Shown here piece by piece: positions 10,746 to 23,284 of a stretch of 36,072 nucleotides of DNA. The notes under the pieces were generated by a model. The model saw nothing but the letters and a program-made list of their open reading frames with translations, had not been told where the DNA came from and made no database searches. Both the position numbers and the translations under genes were made by a program. Numbering within the stretch: the first letter of the stretch is position 1; each line of letters opens with the position of its first letter. Source of the stretch: Octopus bimaculoides. Lineage: Eukaryota. The DNA lies in assembly GCF_001194135.2 (NCBI RefSeq), contig NC_068987.1, positions 78,040,508 through 78,076,579 of the forward strand, written 5' to 3'.

Positions 10746-11804
10746 TTAATGTTGTTGTTCTTTTTCCTCTTTTTTAAATCACGAAAAACTTATAGCGTCC
10801 AAGTAAGGTTTAAATAAGAACAATAGAAGGAAACAATAGCTTTTGCGTGGCCTAAAGGTTCTCATTCATTTTTTTTTATAGTAGAAGTGAGCTCCGTCGT
10901 TCTAACTTAACTAAAACAGGAAGATGTTAAGGATGTACCGTTTTCAAATATTCATTTGCAGTTGAAGTAAAACTTACATTAGACATTTTTTTCATGTGAA
11001 AATAATTAGTCGTATCAGAGGTGACAGTCGAAACAAAAAGAAAAAAAGAAGATAATATTGATGAATGGATTAATCAGCTGTGTGGTTGCACTTTAAGGCT
11101 AAAGTTTATAGTTTGTCATGTGTCACTTTAGTGCTGTTATTCCTGTTTTAGCAAATATTGTAGAGATATTGAGATTATAGCTGTAGCGAGCATCTTAGTG
11201 CAAAAACTATCGTAGATGAGAAACAAACATCGCTTCGATCATATAACTCGACAACCATATCTTAAGTTTATAAGAATATTTTGAACGCTATATCCATTCG
11301 TTCCAACCTCGCTTAAAATATTAGGCATTTGCTTCTATCTATTAGATTGTCGGATAAATTCGTTCGTTTTCTTCTACTTGCCACACCTGAAAAGAGCTAA
11401 AATTTACTCAAATTTCAGACACGATAAACAAAAGGTGTAGAGTAAGAATAGATAGCACTGTCCATAAAACACCACAATAAAAATATTTTTCGCGTAAATA
11501 ACACTGGAAAGTAGAATAAAAATGTTGGTGTTGGGGAGCAAAAACTAACGAACTTATTTGACAACATAACAGAAGAAAAGGTTGCCAAAAGTTTTATTGT
11601 TCAGTTCAAATCTATTTTGATAAAATGTAATTCCATGCTAGATCTCGCTGAGCCGATTTCAATTTCACTTTCGAGCCGATGTCTTCTGATTAAATTACGA
11701 GTACCATGATTTCAAATCTTCTATTTTCCTTGAAATAAAATCTGAGCGTCTAGTCAGCACGAAACAAGTACTGTAATCTTTGAGAGACACGTCCGATTTA
11801 GTTT

Positions 11805-11840
11805 TACAGAGTCTACCTTGTATAGAAGGTAAACTCTGTA
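11805..11840. repeat. 36-bp near-perfect palindrome
   Basis: TACAGAGTCTACCTT-GTATAG-AAGGTAAACTCTGTA: 15-bp arms with one mismatch. Confidence 0.9.
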
Positions 11841-12061
11841 TGAATTGGCAGTTCTTGTTCCATGGCATGTGCTGTGTTATGGTTACGACCGAGACACTAA
11901 TCACTGTTTCGACTCTCATACAGGTGAAGTAGGTACAATGCCACTGTGAAACTGATAGGTGTTTCGATAATTCACTGCGCTGTACGGAAATCTTCCAAGA
12001 TTCAAAAATTGCATTTGATATTGGTTATGATTTATAGTTTAGTTATTGGGTGTGTGGATAG

Positions 12062-12458
12062 GCGTAAGAATGGCTGTGTGGTAAGTAGCTTGCTTACCAA
12101 CCACATGGTTCCGGGTTGAGTCCCACTGCGAGGCACCTTGGGCAAGTGTCTTCTACTATAGCCTCGGGCCGATTAAAGCCTTGTGAGTGGATTTGAAAGA
12201 AGCCCGTCGTATATATATATATATATATATGTATGTGCGTGTGTATGTTTGTGTGTGTGTGTTTGTCCTCCCAACATCGCTTGACAACCGATGCTGGTGT
12301 GTTTAGGTCCCTGTAACTTAGCGGTTCGGCAAAAGAGACTGATAGAATAAGTACTAGGCTTACAAAGAATAAGTCCTGGAGTCGATTTGCTTGATTAAAG
12401 GTGGTGCTCCAGAATGGCCACAGTCAAATGACTGAAACAAGTAAAAGAGAGTAAAGAG
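12062..12458 (+). mobile_element. Near full-length tRNA-headed SINE family C with internal (TA)n(TG)n
   Basis: A box TGGCTGTGTGG, B-box-like GGTTGAGTCCC, body collinear with 31441-31710(-), tail ...ggtgctccagaatggccacagtcaaatgactgaaacaagtaaaaga as at 28375-28425. Confidence 0.92.
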
Positions 12459-14363
12459 TTTCATTTAGATTATAAGTTATATTGAGAAAGGCAACACTAT
12501 GACTGTCGCATCGAATATATATTTTAAAGAAATGTAACCGGTTTACATGACACAGTTTCGGATGTTAGTTTGAACAACATCACTAAGAGCTAATACATGG
12601 ATTTACCAAATTACATCTGTTCTCATAAACAGATCAGGTTTTGTGTTGTTTGTGAGTGGAGAAGGAAAAATATTCTTACAAAAGAACCATTAATAGGAAC
12701 TCACACGCGTTCAATCATGCTGGAATGTTGGTAACCGTACAGAAAATAGTTATTCTATTTTTTTAAATACAGTTTTTTTTTTGTTTCCTTGCTATCTTTT
12801 ATCCGTCTATATGCCCATAAGAAGATACATAAAAAATTGAGGCCTTTTGATTAAAAAGTAAATATTGATAGCAAAAGAAACACCATTTTTTGCGTTAAAA
12901 AAAACTGTACATATACTTACACATATTGGCTGCTTTCCATTTTAGATCGCGTAGACCGCCTATTTCCATCTTATTCGTTTTCATTATGAATTTTTTATGG
13001 TTCCTTCCACTCGTACATTGTTAAGAAAAAGAATATAGATAAAAACACAATGAGATACAAAAATACCTCCCTCAAATATCTGACTGTCTTCCTCATTTGG
13101 CAGCTTACTAATTTACTCGTTAAGATCACAACTTCACTTTGTTCTCGCAGAGTAATTTTCCGGTCAGTAGCGTTCAGTCCCTATGTCAAAGAGTTTCTCT
13201 GAAAGAATTTCTGTTGTTGATCACATGATTATATTAATGGTCAGAAATTTGGCAGAAGCGGGAAATAGAGAAAAATAAATATATGAATAAACGATACGTT
13301 CAGCAGTTACAGCTAAAAAACCGAAAACCTGTCCAACACATCATTAAATCGCACAACAAACACCAGCAACATAACCAGTATAGCAAATATATGTACTACA
13401 CGCGTGCCACCTCTACCTACACAATAGCGACAATGACAAAAAAAAAGTACACACTCTAGATGTAAAAATGAAGAAACATAGTAACTGCAAAGTACAGAAA
13501 AAGAAGTGACTTTATGTTTAGCAAAAGTATTATAGCGATTATGACAAATTCTTAGCATACTTTGTAATATATGAGAAACAACATCGGTTTACGATGTACA
13601 ATGCTACAAAAGTACTTGTAGAAAACATCTATGTGTATATTTGTACGTATACGTTTACGCGTGTGTATTTAAGTATATATATATATATATGTGTGTGTGT
13701 TCCCATCCATCCACCACATGCAAGATATATATATATATGTATGTATATATATATATATATATANNNNNNNNNNNNNNNNNNNNNNNNNNNNNNNNNNNNN
13801 NNNNNNNNNNNNNNNNNNNNNNNNNNNNNNNNNNNNNNNNNNNNNNNNNNNNNNNNNNNNNNNNNNNNNNNNNNNNNNNNNNNNNNNNNNNNNNNNNNNN
13901 NNNNNNNNNNNNNNNNNNNNNNNNNNNNNNNNNNNNNNNNNNNNNNNNNNNNNNNNNNNNNNNNNNNNNNNNNNNNNNNNNNNNNNNNNNNNNNNNNNNN
14001 NNNNNNNNNNNNNNNNNNNNNNNNNNNNNNNNNNNNNNNNNNNNNNNNNNNNNNNNNNNNNNNNNNNNNNNNNNNNNNNNNNNNNNNNNNNNNNNNNNNN
14101 NNNNNNNNNNNNNNNNNNNNNNNNNNNNNNNNNNNNNNNNNNNNNNNNNNNNNNNNNNNNNNNNNNNNNNNNNNNNNNNNNNNNNNNNNNNNNNNNNNNN
14201 NNNNNNNNNNNNNNNNNNNNNNNNNNNNNNNNNNNNNNNNNNNNNNNNNNNNNNNNNNNNNNNNNNNNNNNNNNNNNNNNNNNNNNNNNNNNNNNNNNNN
14301 NNNNNNNNNNNNNNNNNNNNNNNNNNNNNNNNNNNNNNNNNNNNNNNNNNNNNNNTATATATA

Positions 14364-14846
14364 CATTATCATGAACAAGTCTTCGGCCATTTTAAACTAT
14401 TGTAAATTTTCACCAATTGCCAACTTATATTATAAGTGGATGTGTCACATTGCATTTTTTACAGATGAAACATTGGGTCTGTTAGAGTCATTTCCATACC
14501 TATTCATTATATTTTGCAGTAGGGGTTCTGAATGAGAAGGGAAGATACGAGACGTCCACCAAAAATGGCCGTGCAAAAGTCTTCGGCCACCTCACATAAA
14601 CCAATGAATTACGTAATAAATTTTCATCATAGACATTTTTCTGTTTTAAAACACTGTATCATAATTGGTTTTTGTGAGGTGGCTGAAAACTTTTGCACGG
14701 CCATTTTGGGTGGTTGTCTCGCATCTTCCCCTCACATTCAGAACCCCTACTGCAAAATATAATGCTTAGATATGGAAATGACAAATGACTCCAACAGGGC
14801 CAATGTTTCATCTGTAAATAATGCAATGTGATGCATCCACTTATAA
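14364..14846. mobile_element. Internally deleted IR/DR-type Tc1-like element (fold-back)
   Basis: Inverted arms 14430-14605 and 14664-14846 with a 58-bp spacer; 13-bp direct repeat AAGTCTTCGGCCA at 14377 and 14577; TA|CA outer left end. Confidence 0.75.
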
Positions 14847-14916
14847 GTATATATATATATATATATATATGCATACATGTATGTACACACATGCACGCAT
14901 GCACATATGTATATAA

Positions 14917-15199
14917 TGATGGACTCACCCGACGTATGAGAGATCAGCTTCTGCCGAACGACCTGCACAGATGATTTGCTTATAGTGATCAAAGGTATGT
15001 GCAGTACATTAGCTCACTCCCTCCATCAAATCCACGTTGACTGAGCAGATGTACGGTGTACCATACGTCAGCTGTGGAAGTGATCGCAGAGGTAAGTGAC
15101 ATGAAGTGTTTTGCTTAAAAACACAACGCACCACCCGGTCAAGGATTTGAAATCACGATCTTGCATGCAACTCTCTAACCATTAAGCCATGCACCTTCA
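14917..15199 (-). mobile_element. tRNA-headed SINE family B
   Basis: Minus-strand head tgaaggtgcatggcttaatggttagag...; collinear with 22838-23137 along its whole length. Confidence 0.88.
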
Positions 15200-15247
15200 T
15201 ATAATATCATATATTTAAAATTATATTTCAATATATATATATATATA

Positions 15248-15668
15248 CCGTAAATCCTCGAGTATAGTCGAGCCTTGAGTATAATGCGCAGGGGATTTTT
15301 AGGGGGCTGTACCTCTGAAAAACCTAAACCTTGTGTATAATACGCACCCCTTCTCTAACTTGAGTCAAGGAGGTCTGTATAATGTCCTTGGTTTGTAAAC
15401 GTACGGTAACGTCCTTTATTATTATTGTATATATAACATAATGCAAGCATGTAGCTTTTTTGTGCACTTTGTTTGCAGAAAATAAAGAAATAGCAGTAAT
15501 AACGTCAGTGACAAATAAATATTACGTAAATTGCCTTTATATATTTATCACTTAGAAAATTTTACTTAGTAAATAGTTTTTATTCTTAACCTCGTATATA
15601 ATACGCACTAGAAATTTTGACCTTTAAATTTTGGGAAAAAAGTGCGGATTATACTCGAGGATTTACAG
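15248..15668. mobile_element. Complete pogo/Tigger-type MITE, 421 bp
   Basis: TA target duplication (15246-47, 15669-70); TIR CCGTAAATCCTCGAGTATA / TATACTCGAGGATTTACAG (18/19); internal TATAAT[A/G]CGCA repeats. Confidence 0.92.
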
Positions 15669-15754
15669 TACCGCAGCTTCATTAATAAAGTATATTACTC
15701 TACCTCCGATATTCAAGTACCATTTTTGCCACCTTGTTTCACATNNNNNNNNNN

Positions 15755-15792
<38 letters not shown>

Positions 15793-16349
15793 AACACACA
15801 TACACACAGACGCACACACGCATATGTTTAATATGGTGATAGTACAATATTCTTCTGTATGCAGATAATTTGCGTCATAGTTATTGAATCACCAATTGGC
15901 AGTTTTGTTCACCAACGTAACACCATGTATTGAGTGCCTTGTTTTATGCGGAACTTATTAGAAGAAAACAGTTTAGTACATATATGTGTGTGTGTGGGGG
16001 GGTGTCTGCGGGTGTATGTGTGTGCAAAGGCCTATATGAACTCTCTGTGACTTTATGTCTACGTAAATTAAACAAATTACGTCGAGGCACGCGTTTCACA
16101 TAGGTGTGATCTTCAGGCGAAAACTATTATAACATTCGCGTAAGTGTGTTTTCGTCAATCAATCTATCGACAGAAGATACAACACCTATAGCAACGGATA
16201 TAAATGAACATGTGACAGTTCTTCCATAAGGATTGTAGCGGCGTAAAATTCTAGTCACGAGGTTCTCTCTCTTTTCCCCCCTCTCTCCCACCTCACACAT
16301 ACATACACATATGTGTTTATATATCTGTGTAGACATATACCTATATATG

Positions 16350-16358
16350 TTTATACTC

Positions 16359-16391
<33 letters not shown>

Positions 16392-16460
16392 TGTATGCAT
16401 GTATGTATGTATGGATGGATGGATGGATGGATGGATGGATGGATGGATGTACGTATGTAT
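16350..16460. repeat. (TATG)n-(GATG)n compound tetranucleotide repeat
   Basis: Direct reading. Confidence 0.95.
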
Positions 16461-17327
16461 GCTTGCTTGTGTGTGTGTGTTGGTATGTGGGTGGGCATTC
16501 GCCCTCTCGCGCGTGTGTGGGGACAATGAGACGAAAAGTGAGTGAAACCCTCAAGATAGCTTACTTGACACTCTTATATGTGTTGAATAATTATTATGTG
16601 TTGTCCTTATATATAGTAAAATCATTATTTTCACTCAATTCAATTACAAACTCATAAGGGAGGCCACGTTGAGGTTGTCGTGTTTTTCTCCCAGACACAG
16701 ACTGTAGAGCCTAGATTCAGTATTTCTCCTAAACTCGGTTTAATGATAAGCGATGATGGGTTAATAGACTCGAGCATTGACTGAAAGAGTTGTGGTTACA
16801 GATATGTCGAAGAACTAACGCCGATCATCAATAGTAGGTATCACCATGACATCGGATAATGAGCCATTAATCTTTGCTCCAAAATTTGGATGATACAGCG
16901 GAGATATTTCTTTTCGTTCATCCGACGCATTTTCTCTCGCTGTGATATATTTGTGTCGCCTCTCGTATTTTCCCGCAGCAAAATTGTGACTCAAGTAGCG
17001 ACCTATTAACAATTTCGTAGACGGTCATATACGAAACCTAATGTCGGAGGGGAAACTTCGTAAGTGTAAAGCATAATGAAGTGGAATTGTCTATTTTTCT
17101 TATTGTAATTAAATGTAACGAGGTTGTATTTACCTGTTACGAATAATACCTGCAAGCCAATTAAAAGATTCAGCCTTGTCATAATCCATCATGTTGATTC
17201 TGCCTGAGAGTTATACGCATCGATAGAATATTCGGTCTCTTGCACGCAAATTCAATTAGCTTTGTAGTTCAAATGATCGAACAACTGACAACCTATGATG
17301 AGAAATTGTGACCGAGATCCATCCATT

Positions 17328-17343
17328 TATTATTATTATTGTC

Positions 17344-17389
<46 letters not shown>

Positions 17390-17391
17390 GA

Positions 17392-17424
<33 letters not shown>

Positions 17425-17535
17425 ATTATTATTATTATTATTACCATTACATATATGTCTGTGTATGTTTGTATGTATGTATGTATGTATGTATGTATGT
17501 ATGTATGTATGTATGTATGCATGTATGTATGTGTG
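17328..17535. repeat. (ATT)n followed by (TATG)n
   Basis: Direct reading. Confidence 0.95.
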
Positions 17536-18564
17536 TATAGTTTTCTTTGCGATTTATTGGAGTTCTTAATGGAGTTCACGCCAGTTGCTAACAAAGTGAG
17601 AAAACTTTTGGGATTAAGAAAGTTCCCGAGGTTTGCAAATATAAGGTTAAGTTACAGTGCGCATATATGTAGGAGCATGAACTTGCCTCCTCTTTAGGAT
17701 TTAGGTTTTTGTGCAAGTGCGAATGTGTATGTGTGTGTATCTACACATGAGTGTGTGTGGGTGCGTGGGTGCATCATTATTGTTTACGTTTTTGTATTTG
17801 TACATGAACACAACCAAGTGTTTACGTAAATTCTTTCAAAAAATCTCAGGCAGAGGATCTTCACTGTGCTGCTAATAGATTGGACTTGGAGGATGCGCAT
17901 CGGTTTCTATTACTCTTTCTTAGAAAATCCTAGCATTTTTACGGTTTGTACAAATCCGTTGTTACATAACCTCCTAATGCACCTATGATAAGAAGTAAGA
18001 ATGAATATTTATAACCAGGGTACGAGAACTGTAAGTTCTGCATTGATTCACCATATATGTTCTTTTCCTCTGAAATTTTGAAGGGACGTTCACCTCCGTT
18101 GGACTCTAGAACTGTATAAACTGTTGTTCCACAGAACAATACCGGGTTTGTTGTATTTGAACCGGTTTGCTATTTGTATTGGAATATTCTACCGATATTC
18201 TTTGTTACAAAGGTGTAAATACATCTTGGTTTTGAGATACCATCAGGAAAATCGTAAATGTTGATTATTCGTTAATGTGTTGTCACTTAAAGGTTTTAAA
18301 TTGTCAATGTGTTGAGTTTCATATTTCAGATTGTAATCCAAGTTTGCTTTATTTTTCTTTTAAATTATCTGGTGTTGGAATATATTCTAAAATAAACTGA
18401 AGCAACTTTGAAAGGAAACGTTAGTCAATCAAATCGAGCCACAGCTAACAGCAAAATGAAATTCGAAAAAAAGACCCCAAAAACAAACAGAACAAAACAA
18501 AAAAAGCGCAAAATCCCCAGGCTTTTGTAGTTTATTAACTCCTTCATAACAAACGATAAAAATA

Positions 18565-18770
18565 AATATTGGTTTCATATCTGGCACAATGCCGGTTTTC
18601 TCGGGACAAAAGATAAGACGATTACAGCAACTCCCATGCTCAATTGTCACTTCTTTTAAGGATGAAAGGCAAAGTCGACCTCGGCGGAATTTGAACTCAG
18701 GACGTGAAGAGGACTAAATGCCGCTGAGCATATTGTCCTGCGTGCTAACGATTCTGCATACCCGTCGCCT
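18565..18770 (-). mobile_element. SINE family A
   Basis: 18658-18770 is the reverse complement of the family A head and body; the diverged tail (ggcacaatgcc) resembles 8413-8427. Confidence 0.85.
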
Positions 18771-18808
18771 TCCAAACGATAGAATATATTTGTTATATTT
18801 GTTATATA

Positions 18809-19040
18809 GCGGCGAGCTGGCAGAAACGTTAGCACGCCGGGCGAAGTGCTTAGCGGCATTTCGTCTGCAGTTACGTTCTGAGTTCAAATTCCACCGAGGT
18901 AGACTTTGCCTTTCATCCTTCCGGGGTCGATAAATTAAGTACCAGTTATGCACTGGGGTCGATGTAATCGACTTAATCCCTTTGTCTGTCCTTGTTTGTC
19001 CCTTCTATGTTTAGCCCCTTGTGTGCAATATAAAGAAATA
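18809..19040 (+). mobile_element. SINE family A, well preserved
   Basis: Head GGCGAGCTGGCAGAAACGTTAGC, B-box-like GAGTTCAAATTCC, central GCCTTTCATCCTTCCGGGGTCGATAAATTAAGTACCAG (resembles the Meta-type SINE core as recalled; unverified). Confidence 0.92.
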
Positions 19041-19419
19041 ATAATGTATTTGTTATATACATAATACCATTATCAAGTGCGAAATTAACTCACAGAGGCT
19101 CTCTTTATGATTGTTGCTATAGTTTAGCTTCCAGCCAACCGTGACTGAGGAACCTATTATTAAAAGCACCCCAACTGCGACAATCTCGTCTTGGGATGAG
19201 TAGTTTTTCGACTGGCTACAGTTAGCAGCTAAATTCAATTAAATCACATGCCTACTATTTAAAAAGAAGAAAAAAGAGTTTGGGGGTGTTATACGAGCTA
19301 TACAAAAAAGATGGGAAGATTGAGGGTGGAATATTTTGACTATAGGTCTAACTGTTTCAGTTTTAGCTGAGTTGAGGCTAAATGCCATTATTGTCTCCAT
19401 CACCGTCAGCGTCATGCCG

Positions 19420-19658
19420 ATGACAACGATGTCCACGATGACGACGACCACCACAAATAGCATCTCTACTATCACTGTCATCACCACCAAACAACAACTG
19501 CAACAGCTCAAGCACCACCGCCAACAATAGTAATAACGACACGAACATCACCGTCTTTTCTAACAAAAACAACAACACTACCACCAAAAACAAAACCAGT
19601 GACAACGACGATGGTAACAACAACAACAACAACAACAACGACGACGACGGCAGCAACA

Positions 19659-19689
<31 letters not shown>

Positions 19690-19740
19690 CAACAACAACA
19701 ACAACAACAGCAACAGCAACAGCAGCAGCATCAAGAAACA
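19420..19740. repeat. Mixed (ACA/GCA/ACG)n trinucleotide low-complexity tract
   Basis: Direct reading. Confidence 0.9.
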
Positions 19741-19769
19741 AAACCAGAAGCGTGTTAGTAAGGGAACTT

Positions 19770-19915
19770 GTATGAGATTACCGGATCTCCTAGAAATATC
19801 AACCAGAATCTCGCTAAAATTAAACCTCGCTATTTTAAAAGGAAACTGGATGGTTACGGTTGGACTGTCTTTGATGATAGGTCTGATCCATCAAGGTTCA
19901 ACCGAAAGGAAGCCA
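19770..19915 (+). repeat. Unclassified dispersed repeat D fragment
   Basis: ctagaaatatcaaccagaatc...ggatggttacggttgga...tttgat...ataggtctg resembles 20570-20730. Confidence 0.55.
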
Positions 19916-19954
19916 CAACAACAACGAATGGTACTTCATCGGTTACGACGACGC

Positions 19955-20220
19955 CGGTTCCAATTGATCCGATCAACGGAACAACCTGCTCGTGGCTGAG
20001 TACTCGACGGACATGCATGCCCTGAACGTAGTTCAAAGTGAGTTTCTGCGTTACACAGAATGGCCCTTTCAAGTACAAGTACAACTCACTTTTGGCAGCT
20101 GAGTGGAGTGGAGCTAATATGAAATAGTCTTGCTCAAGGATATAACGTTCCGCCAGGAATCGAAGTCACGAAATTACGATCGTGAGCCTAATACGCTAAC
20201 CACTAAGCCATGCACCTTCA
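19955..20220 (-). mobile_element. SINE with family B head and a different 3' body
   Basis: 20150-20220 (tgctcaagga...cgatcgtgag...accactaagccatgcaccttca) matches 23041-23137; the sequence to its left differs from the B tail. Confidence 0.75.
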
Positions 20221-20254
20221 CAGCAGCAACAACAACAACAGCAACAAAAATACG

Positions 20255-20745
20255 TTGATCTAGCCTCTACGTAACCGCTAGACTTACTAGAAATAGAAAT
20301 CAAATCACCCTGAAATCATTATTTGCAATTATGAAATATGAAGCATATTTTGAACAACTTGATTTTGAAGGAAGCTCTGCGTAGCTGTTTGACTTACTAG
20401 AAATGGAAACCAAATCTTCCTCGAATCACTCCTTGCACTTATAGTAAAAAGAAATGAAGCACATTTTGAACAACAACAATACCAACAACAACAACAACAA
20501 CAACAATAGCGACGACATCGACAATAAACGTAACGTTGAAAGAGCTTCTACGTAGCCGCACGACGTGCCAGAAATAGAAACCAAATTTGACTCAAATTTT
20601 ATAAACGAAAACAGAAAATGAAGCACATTTTGGATAATGTAATTCCTGATATACAACAAAGACGGGATGGTCAATCCTGGAAGGCCTTTCATCATCATGT
20701 CTTCTCTTCTCAATCAGGGCTGACTCGAGGCTACAGAAGAACAAA
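20255..20745 (+). repeat. Repeat D with three tandem diverged ~110-bp 5' units and one tail
   Basis: gacttactagaaat at 20281 and 20391, gacgtgccagaaat at 20562; tgaagca[t/c]attttg at 20339, 20455 and 20619. Confidence 0.8.
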
Positions 20746-21383
20746 ACCAAGATGATAAACAATTGCTTCTTATCTAGAAATTTAGTACAAAAGACTGAGG
20801 AAACGTAAATGAGTATATTGTTATCTTGATGTAAACAGAAATTACATAACACACCATTTTCAAGTCGACTAATTAAAGCTAGCGGCTAAGAAGCATTTCA
20901 ATGTATTAGTTAACATAATAAAAAAGAGACAATTACCAGCAGGAAAACTCATTAAATATCTACTATTTAATATACATGTATTAAGATTCCTCATAAAATA
21001 GAATACTCTGTAATAATAAACGCGTCCATGCTTATGTATATATCCTATAATATATTCCGTCCTTTGTATACGTAACACAAACAACGCATAGCAAATGAAT
21101 TGAAACCTTGTGTGATAATATTAACTACACTGCCTACGGAACTGTCTGTAGAAGGCAGAATTAGAAACAATAGAGAAAGAGAGAAAGGACATAGTAATCT
21201 ACTGTTCTGTGGTTGGACTCTACGATGAATGATGATATGGTCACGTGGTTCTTGATACGTCGATAAAATGGCCTCCGTTTCAATAAATTCGTAAACAGGT
21301 TACGACAACAACAGATCATTAAGAATGAAGGAGGCTTCTGCCTACTACAACGACTTGGTAGAAATAGTAATCAAATCTCCCTC

Positions 21384-21545
21384 GCAGGTATGGCTGTGTG
21401 GTTAAGAAGTTCGTTTAACAAACTACGTGGTTTCGGGTTCAATTAGTTGCTCTGTGCAATACTTTGGGCGAGTGCCTTCTGCCATAACCTCGGTTCTACT
21501 AAAGCTGGTAATAGAAAAAAAAAAAAAGGTGGAAACTGTTTGTAT
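21384..21545 (+). mobile_element. SINE family C 5' fragment (diverged)
   Basis: gcaggtatggctgtgtggttaagaag...gggttcaatt...ctttgggcgagtgccttct, similar to 12062-12200. Confidence 0.75.
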
Positions 21546-21599
21546 GTGTGATGGTGGTGGGAGAGAACGTTACTGCTGAGGCAGAGCGATACAACCATC

Positions 21600-21780
21600 C
21601 CGATCACCATTATCATGACGATGACGACGATGACCGCCTCCATACCCGCCACCACCATACTCATAACCACCACAACCACCACTACCACCACCACCAACAA
21701 CAACAACACCACCACCACCACCAACAACCACAACAACAACAATGAAAACAACGACGACAACAACAACAATAAGAAAGACA
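21600..21780. repeat. (CAC/CAA/GAC)n trinucleotide tract
   Basis: Direct reading. Confidence 0.9.
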
Positions 21781-21789
21781 ACTCTGCCA

Positions 21790-22309
21790 CCAGAGAAGTG
21801 TGGAGGATAATCCTCTTTGCAAGGCCTCTGACATAGCAGAACAAGTCGATTTTAATCCTAGAACAGCTGTCAGGTATCTCCACAAATTTGGCCACTAAAG
21901 CAGAGCGGCAAGAAGGAAGCCACTTCTTCAATAAGCCAATATCAAGCGGAGAACACATTGGGTCAGTGAGATGGTGGAAAGGCCACTAGTAGTTTGGGAC
22001 ACTGTCATATTCTCTGATGAGTTCAGATTTACTGTATTTTCTGACAGTGGTCGAGAGTTGGTCTGGAGTCCGTGTTCAAGAATTGATCTGAAAAGACTGC
22101 AGCCAACAATGAAACATGGCGGCTATTATGTGATGGTTTGGGAAGTAATTTGGAGCGATGGTTGATCAGAACTGGTAGAGTGTGACTGAAACATAAACTC
22201 CTATAAATATGTGTCCATATTGCGGAAAGGATTCCTTCCAATCTTCTCCAAAGTTAAAATGATTAAAGAAGACCTTTTATTCATGGACGATGGGCTCCTT
22301 GTCACAGGG

Positions 22310-22351
<42 letters not shown>

Positions 22352-22699
22352 TTAGTTAGAAGAGCATTAAAAAGCTACTATGGCGAAGCCAGTCGGCAGA
22401 TATGAACACCTCTGTGGCATAATGGTCAGGACACTCGTAAAAAGAAACAGAAAGCATTCTCAAAGCCAAATCTTTTGAGATTACTGCATGAAACTTGGCA
22501 AGAAATTCTTCAAGAGAGTATACATCATCTAATCAGTAGCATGCCTAATAGGATCCTTGCATTGTAAAATGTAAAGGGCATGTCTACTAAATAGAAGATA
22601 TTCACATTATAATAATTAATAAATAATTTGAATGTATAATTCCAGATTTCGAGAAATTTTAACGATTATAAGGGTGTCTATTTACTTCTGTCGTGTCTG
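21790..22699 (+). mobile_element. Decayed Tc1-family (DD34E-type) transposon, 3' two-thirds with right TIR
   Basis: VEDNPLCKASDIAEQV...RRKPLL...WDTVIFSDEFRF...LQPTMKHGGYYVMVW...FMDDG(A)PCHRAK...WRSQSADMN...LISSMPNRI...KGMSTK*. Putative right TIR gggtgtctatttacttctgtcgtgtctg at 22672-22699. Confidence 0.92.
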
Positions 22700-22719
22700 C
22701 GTGTACATATATATGCATG

Positions 22720-23137
<418 letters not shown>

Positions 23138-23146
23138 ATGTGTGTG

Positions 23147-23232
<86 letters not shown>

Positions 23233-23284
23233 TAATGAGTTGAATAGATAGCTAGATGTGTGCGTATGTGTGTGTGGTATCAGT

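Noticed and set aside
11810-11828. 19-nt micro-exon (ttttacag...AAG|gtaaac)
   Set aside because: The signals lie within the 36-bp palindrome and there are no partner exons.
16660-17060. Possible exon (acceptor tttttctcccag at 16694; minus ORF 16815-17012)
   Set aside because: Frames close within 30-65 codons, with no recognisable domain and no matching splice pair.
19768-20025. 85-aa ORF MYEITGSPRN... that looks protein-like
   Set aside because: It is made of repeat D (5' part), an ACA/ACG tract and the minus-strand SINE tail.
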